Source of the DNA: Dehalococcoidia bacterium
GTDB lineage: Bacteria > Chloroflexota > Dehalococcoidia > UBA2979
Direction of reading: 5' to 3'
Length of the DNA: 64,000 nucleotides
Assembly (NCBI GenBank): GCA_963667465.2
Contig: CAXXDN010000002.1
Span: 1,312,001-1,376,000 of the forward strand
The translations under genes and the position numbers were made by a program. The notes under the pieces were generated by a model. It saw only the letters and a program-made list of their open reading frames with translations, did no database searches and had not been told where the DNA came from. Positions 60,466-64,000 of the stretch are shown in pieces; positions within the stretch are counted from its first letter, which is position 1; each line of letters begins with the position of its first letter.

Positions 60466-61175
60466 TGGAGGTGATCCCGGCCATCGACATCCGCGGCGGG
60501 CAGTGCGTTCGCCTCAGCCAGGGCGACTACGAACGCGAGACGGTATTCGACGACGACCCGGTCGCCGTCGCCGTGCGCTGGGCCGCCCTCGGCGCGCGAC
60601 GCATCCACATCGTGGACCTTGATGGCGCGCGCGCGGGGCAGCAGGTCAACGCGACGCTGGTGCGGCGCATCATCCACACTGTCGGCGCGGCCGTGCAGAC
60701 CGGCGGCGGCCTCCGTGACATCGAGACTGTGCGCGCCGCCCTCGATGGCGGCGTAAACCGCGTGGTGCTCGGCACCGCTGCCGTCCGCGACCCGGACCTG
60801 CTGCGCGAGGCCGTCGCCGTCGCCCGTGACCGGCTTATCGTCTCCGTCGATGCGCGCAACGGCGTCGTGCAGACGCAGGGCTGGACCGAGGGCAGCGATG
60901 TGAACGCGACCGCGTTCATCCGCCAGCTCGCCTCGATCGGTGTCGAGCGCATCGTCTATACCGACATCGACCGCGACGGCGTGCGCGGCGCACCAAACTT
61001 CGAGATGTACGAGGCGATGGTCTCGGAAACCTCGATCGCGGTCATCGCCGCCGGCGGCGTGAGCACGCTCGACGACCTGCGGCGGCTCTCCGACTGCGGC
61101 GTCGAGGCGGCGATCGTCGGGCGCGCCCTGTACACCGGCGAGGTGTCGCTCCCCGAGGCGCTGGCCGTCGCATGA
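60465..61175 (+). CDS. hisA: ProFAR isomerase
   Basis: IPAIDIRGGQCVRL, VDLDGA, TDIDRDG. Confidence 0.96.
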   Translation: MEVIPAIDIRGGQCVRLSQGDYERETVFDDDPVAVAVRWAALGARRIHIVDLDGARAGQQVNATLVRRIIHTVGAAVQTGGGLRDIETVRAALDGGVNRVVLGTAAVRDPDLLREAVAVARDRLIVSVDARNGVVQTQGWTEGSDVNATAFIRQLASIGVERIVYTDIDRDGVRGAPNFEMYEAMVSETSIAVIAAGGVSTLDDLRRLSDCGVEAAIVGRALYTGEVSLPEALAVA

Positions 61176-61214
61176 GGCCGCCGGGGCGCGCGCCGGGGAC
61201 GGGGCGCTGAGCCG

Positions 61215-62033
61215 ATGCTGACGAAGCGCATCATCCCCTGCTTCGACGTCGATCGCGGGCGCGTGGTGAAGGGGATCTCCTTCGTCGAGCTGCGCGACGC
61301 CGGCGACCCGGTCGAGCTGGCCGCCTCGTACGAACAGGCGGGCGCCGACGAGTTGGTCTTCCTCGACATCACCGCCTCCTCGGACAACCGGCCGAGCGTC
61401 TACCAGATGGTGGCGCGCACCGCGGACCAGGTCTTCGTGCCGTTCACCGTGGGCGGCGGAATCCGCTCGACCGAGGACGTGCGCATGATGCTCGAGATGG
61501 GAGCCGACAAGGTCTCGCTCAACACCGCCGCCGTCGAGCGGCCCGCGCTGATCGGCGAGGGCGCGCACGGCTTCGGCTCGCAATGCATCGTCGTCGCTCT
61601 CGACGCCAAGCGCCGCGAGGCGGACAACCCGGACGCTGGCTGGGAGGTCTACACCCACGGCGGCCGCACCCCCACCGGCATCGACGCGCTCGGCTGGGCC
61701 CGCGAGGCGGTCGAACGCGGCTCCGGTGAGCTGCTGGTCACCTCGATGGACAAGGACGGCCACCAGACCGGCTACGACCTGGAGCTGCTGCGCGCAATCA
61801 GCGACTCGGTCGAGGTGCCGGTGATCGCCTCGGGCGGCGCGGGCACACCGGAGCACCTCTACGAGGCGCTCACCGAGGGCGGCGCGGAGGCCGTGCTCGC
61901 CGCCTCCATCTTTCACTTCGGCACGTACGACATCGCCGACCTCAAGCGCTACCTCTCGGACCGCGGCATCCCGATGCGGCCCGTAGCGGACGCGGATGCC
62001 GAGGGCGGCCCGGACGAGGGAGACGGAGCGTGA
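61215..62033 (+). CDS. hisF: Imidazole glycerol phosphate synthase cyclase subunit
   Basis: [31 protein letters not shown]. Confidence 0.97.
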   Translation: MLTKRIIPCFDVDRGRVVKGISFVELRDAGDPVELAASYEQAGADELVFLDITASSDNRPSVYQMVARTADQVFVPFTVGGGIRSTEDVRMMLEMGADKVSLNTAAVERPALIGEGAHGFGSQCIVVALDAKRREADNPDAGWEVYTHGGRTPTGIDALGWAREAVERGSGELLVTSMDKDGHQTGYDLELLRAISDSVEVPVIASGGAGTPEHLYEALTEGGAEAVLAASIFHFGTYDIADLKRYLSDRGIPMRPVADADAEGGPDEGDGA

Positions 62034-62386
62034 TTGACCCTTCCGAGGTTCGCTACGACGCGCAGGGACTGATCCCCGCGATCCTCCAGGACCACCTCAG
62101 CCACGAGGTAGTGATGCTCGGCTACATGAATGCCGAGTCGTTGCGCCAGACACTCGAGCTCGGCCAGGCCGTGTTCTGGTCGCGCAGCCGCCAGGAGCTG
62201 TGGCACAAGGGCGCGACCTCCGGCGACTACGTGCGCGTCCACGAGATCCGCACCGACTGCGACTCAGATGCGCTCGTCCTGCAGGTGGAGCTGCTCGGCG
62301 GCGCCGTCTGCCACACCGGCGCGCACTCCTGCTTCGTCGAGCCGGAAGGCGCAGCGCCACGCCTCGTCGGCTCGCCGTCCGCCTGA
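62030..62386 (+). CDS. hisI: Phosphoribosyl-AMP cyclohydrolase
   Basis: [26 protein letters not shown]. Confidence 0.95.
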   Translation: MIDPSEVRYDAQGLIPAILQDHLSHEVVMLGYMNAESLRQTLELGQAVFWSRSRQELWHKGATSGDYVRVHEIRTDCDSDALVLQVELLGGAVCHTGAHSCFVEPEGAAPRLVGSPSA

Positions 62387-62399
62387 CGCGCCTCCGCCG

Positions 62400-63091
62400 G
62401 TGAGCGCCCCGCCCTTCTCCGTTTCGCTCGTCATCTTCGACATCGACGGCACGCTCGTGGACTTCAGCCGCGCGATCGACGGAGGCCTCGAGGTCGTCGC
62501 GCAGGAGGTCTCCCGGCGCGCCGGCGGCGTCGAGGTGGATCCGCGGCGGCTGCAGGCCTTGCGCAACGAGGTGGCGCGCGACCCGGCGTGGCGCGGCCGC
62601 CAACTGGTGGCGATCCGGCGTGAGTCGTTCCGGCGCATCCTCGAGGCCTTCGCGATCGAGGAGCCGTGGGCGCTCGACGAGTTGCACGACCGCTACTACA
62701 GCGCGCGCGACGAGGCGACGGCCGTGTTCCCGGACGCGGAGCCCGTGCTCGCCGGGCTGCACGCCCGCGGATTGCCGCTCGTGGCTGCCTCCAACGGCAA
62801 CGTATCCCTCGCCTCGATGGGCCTCGACGGCTACTTCGCCGCCAGGCACTACGCCGAGGAGGTCGGCATCTCGAAGCCGGACCCGGCCTTCTTCGCCAGC
62901 GCAGTGGAGCGGGCGGGCGGCCGTCCGGAGACGACGCTCGCGATCGGCGATCGCCTGGACAACGACTACCACCGGCGCGCGCCGCCGGCCTGCATTCCGT
63001 GCTGCTCGACCGCGCCGACCGTGTCGAGGACGCCTCGATCCTGCGGGTGCGATCGCTGGCCGAGCTGCCCGGACTGCTTGCGGAAGATTAG
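62400..63091 (+). pseudogene. HAD hydrolase with a 1-bp frameshift near 62972
   Basis: FDIDGTLVD, SNG, KPDP, GDRLDND in one frame; the natural continuation PARAAGLHSVLLDR...RSLAELP is in another. Confidence 0.75.
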
Positions 63092-64000
63092 CGGGGCGCG
63101 CCCTCCGGCGTCGCGCCTTCCTGCTCGAGCACCGCCGCCAGCGAGGCGACCGCCACCTGGATCTGCGCATCGTCGGGCGGGCGTGTGGTGAGGTGCTGGA
63201 GCGCGATGTTGGCGGAGAACAGCGCCTGCACGAGCGGCCGGTCGAGGCGGTTGCCGGCGAAACGGATCGCCTCGTAGGCGACCCCGGCGATCAGCGGCAC
63301 CAGCGCCAGCCGCGAGGCGAAGCGCCACCAGAGCGGCTCCGCGCCCACGAGGATGAAGGCGAGCGCGGCGATCACGGCGACGGTCAGCAGGAACGAGGTG
63401 CCGCAGCGCGGGTGCTCCTTGGGGAAGCGCCGGATCGCCTGCACGGTCAGCTCGCGGCCATGCTCGAAGGCGCTGATCGTCATGTGCTCTGCAGCGTGGT
63501 ACTGGAAGACTCGCGCGACCTCCTGCGAGCGTCCGATCAGCCAGATGTAGCCGATCAGCAGCCCGATCCGCAGCACGCCCTCGAAGGCGATCACCAACGG
63601 CGAGGGGAAGCGGCGCTCCAGCCACGCCGTCGCCGCCACCGGCCCGGCGAAGAAGACGGCGAGCGCGATCAGCAGCATCAGCGCGAGGAACACCCAGCCC
63701 GCGACGCCGAGCGGCTTCGCCTCCCCGTGCTCGTCCACCTCGTCGTTCGCGACGGCCGAGGACCAGGTGAGTGCGGAGATGCCGAGCGCGAGCGTCTCCC
63801 AGAGCACCAGCACGCCGCGCAGCAGCGGGACGCGCCGCAACCGGGCGCTGTAGAGGCCGCCGAGCAATTTGCTGCGGACGGCGATCTCGCCGTCCGGCTT
63901 GCGCACCGCCGTCGCGACGGCGCGCGGTCCGCGGATCATGACGCCCTCGACGACGGCCTGGCCGCCGTAGTTCGCTCTCGCCCTGATCGCCGGACCCGTG
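63088..64000 (-). CDS. DUF1385 family membrane protein (5' end at or beyond the window edge)
   Basis: YGGQAVVEGVMIRG upstream of the ORF-track start; FQYHAAEH, HPRCGTSF. Confidence 0.88.
   Translation of the reverse strand, partial: TGPAIRARANYGGQAVVEGVMIRGPRAVATAVRKPDGEIAVRSKLLGGLYSARLRRVPLLRGVLVLWETLALGISALTWSSAVANDEVDEHGEAKPLGVAGWVFLALMLLIALAVFFAGPVAATAWLERRFPSPLVIAFEGVLRIGLLIGYIWLIGRSQEVARVFQYHAAEHMTISAFEHGRELTVQAIRRFPKEHPRCGTSFLLTVAVIAALAFILVGAEPLWWRFASRLALVPLIAGVAYEAIRFAGNRLDRPLVQALFSANIALQHLTTRPPDDAQIQVAVASLAAVLEQEGATPEGAPR

Overview
A high-GC bacterial chromosome segment. The 16S signatures and gene content point to Chloroflexota, probably a non-Dehalococcoides Dehalococcoidia lineage that keeps peptidoglycan genes (taxonomy is inferred by eye). 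Housekeeping genes include uvrA, glyQS, hppA, rnhB/yraN, tilS, rpsA, clpC, mreBCD-mrdA-rodA, ligA and hisHAFI. There is a complete rrn operon with an initiator tRNA between 23S and 5S, plus two further tRNAs. Metabolic clusters cover F420/LLM oxidoreductases with hotdog-fold proteins, a split methylmalonyl-CoA mutase operon and PrpD. Two toxin-antitoxin pairs and several decayed genes are present. No CRISPR array, transposase or prophage was seen. The most unusual locus (28.7-32.8 kb) has an NCS2-fold permease that has lost its conserved substrate/proton-coupling residues and carries a degenerate kinase-like tail. It is followed by TusA, DsrE and a TusA::MetE-like (Zn-thiol alkyltransferase) fusion. 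Other oddities are three genes that apparently start at CTG, a zinc-ribbon/zinc-ribbon/translin operon, an in-frame E1alpha::E2 deletion chimera, and a relic vapB promoter placed in front of a small, very basic ORF.
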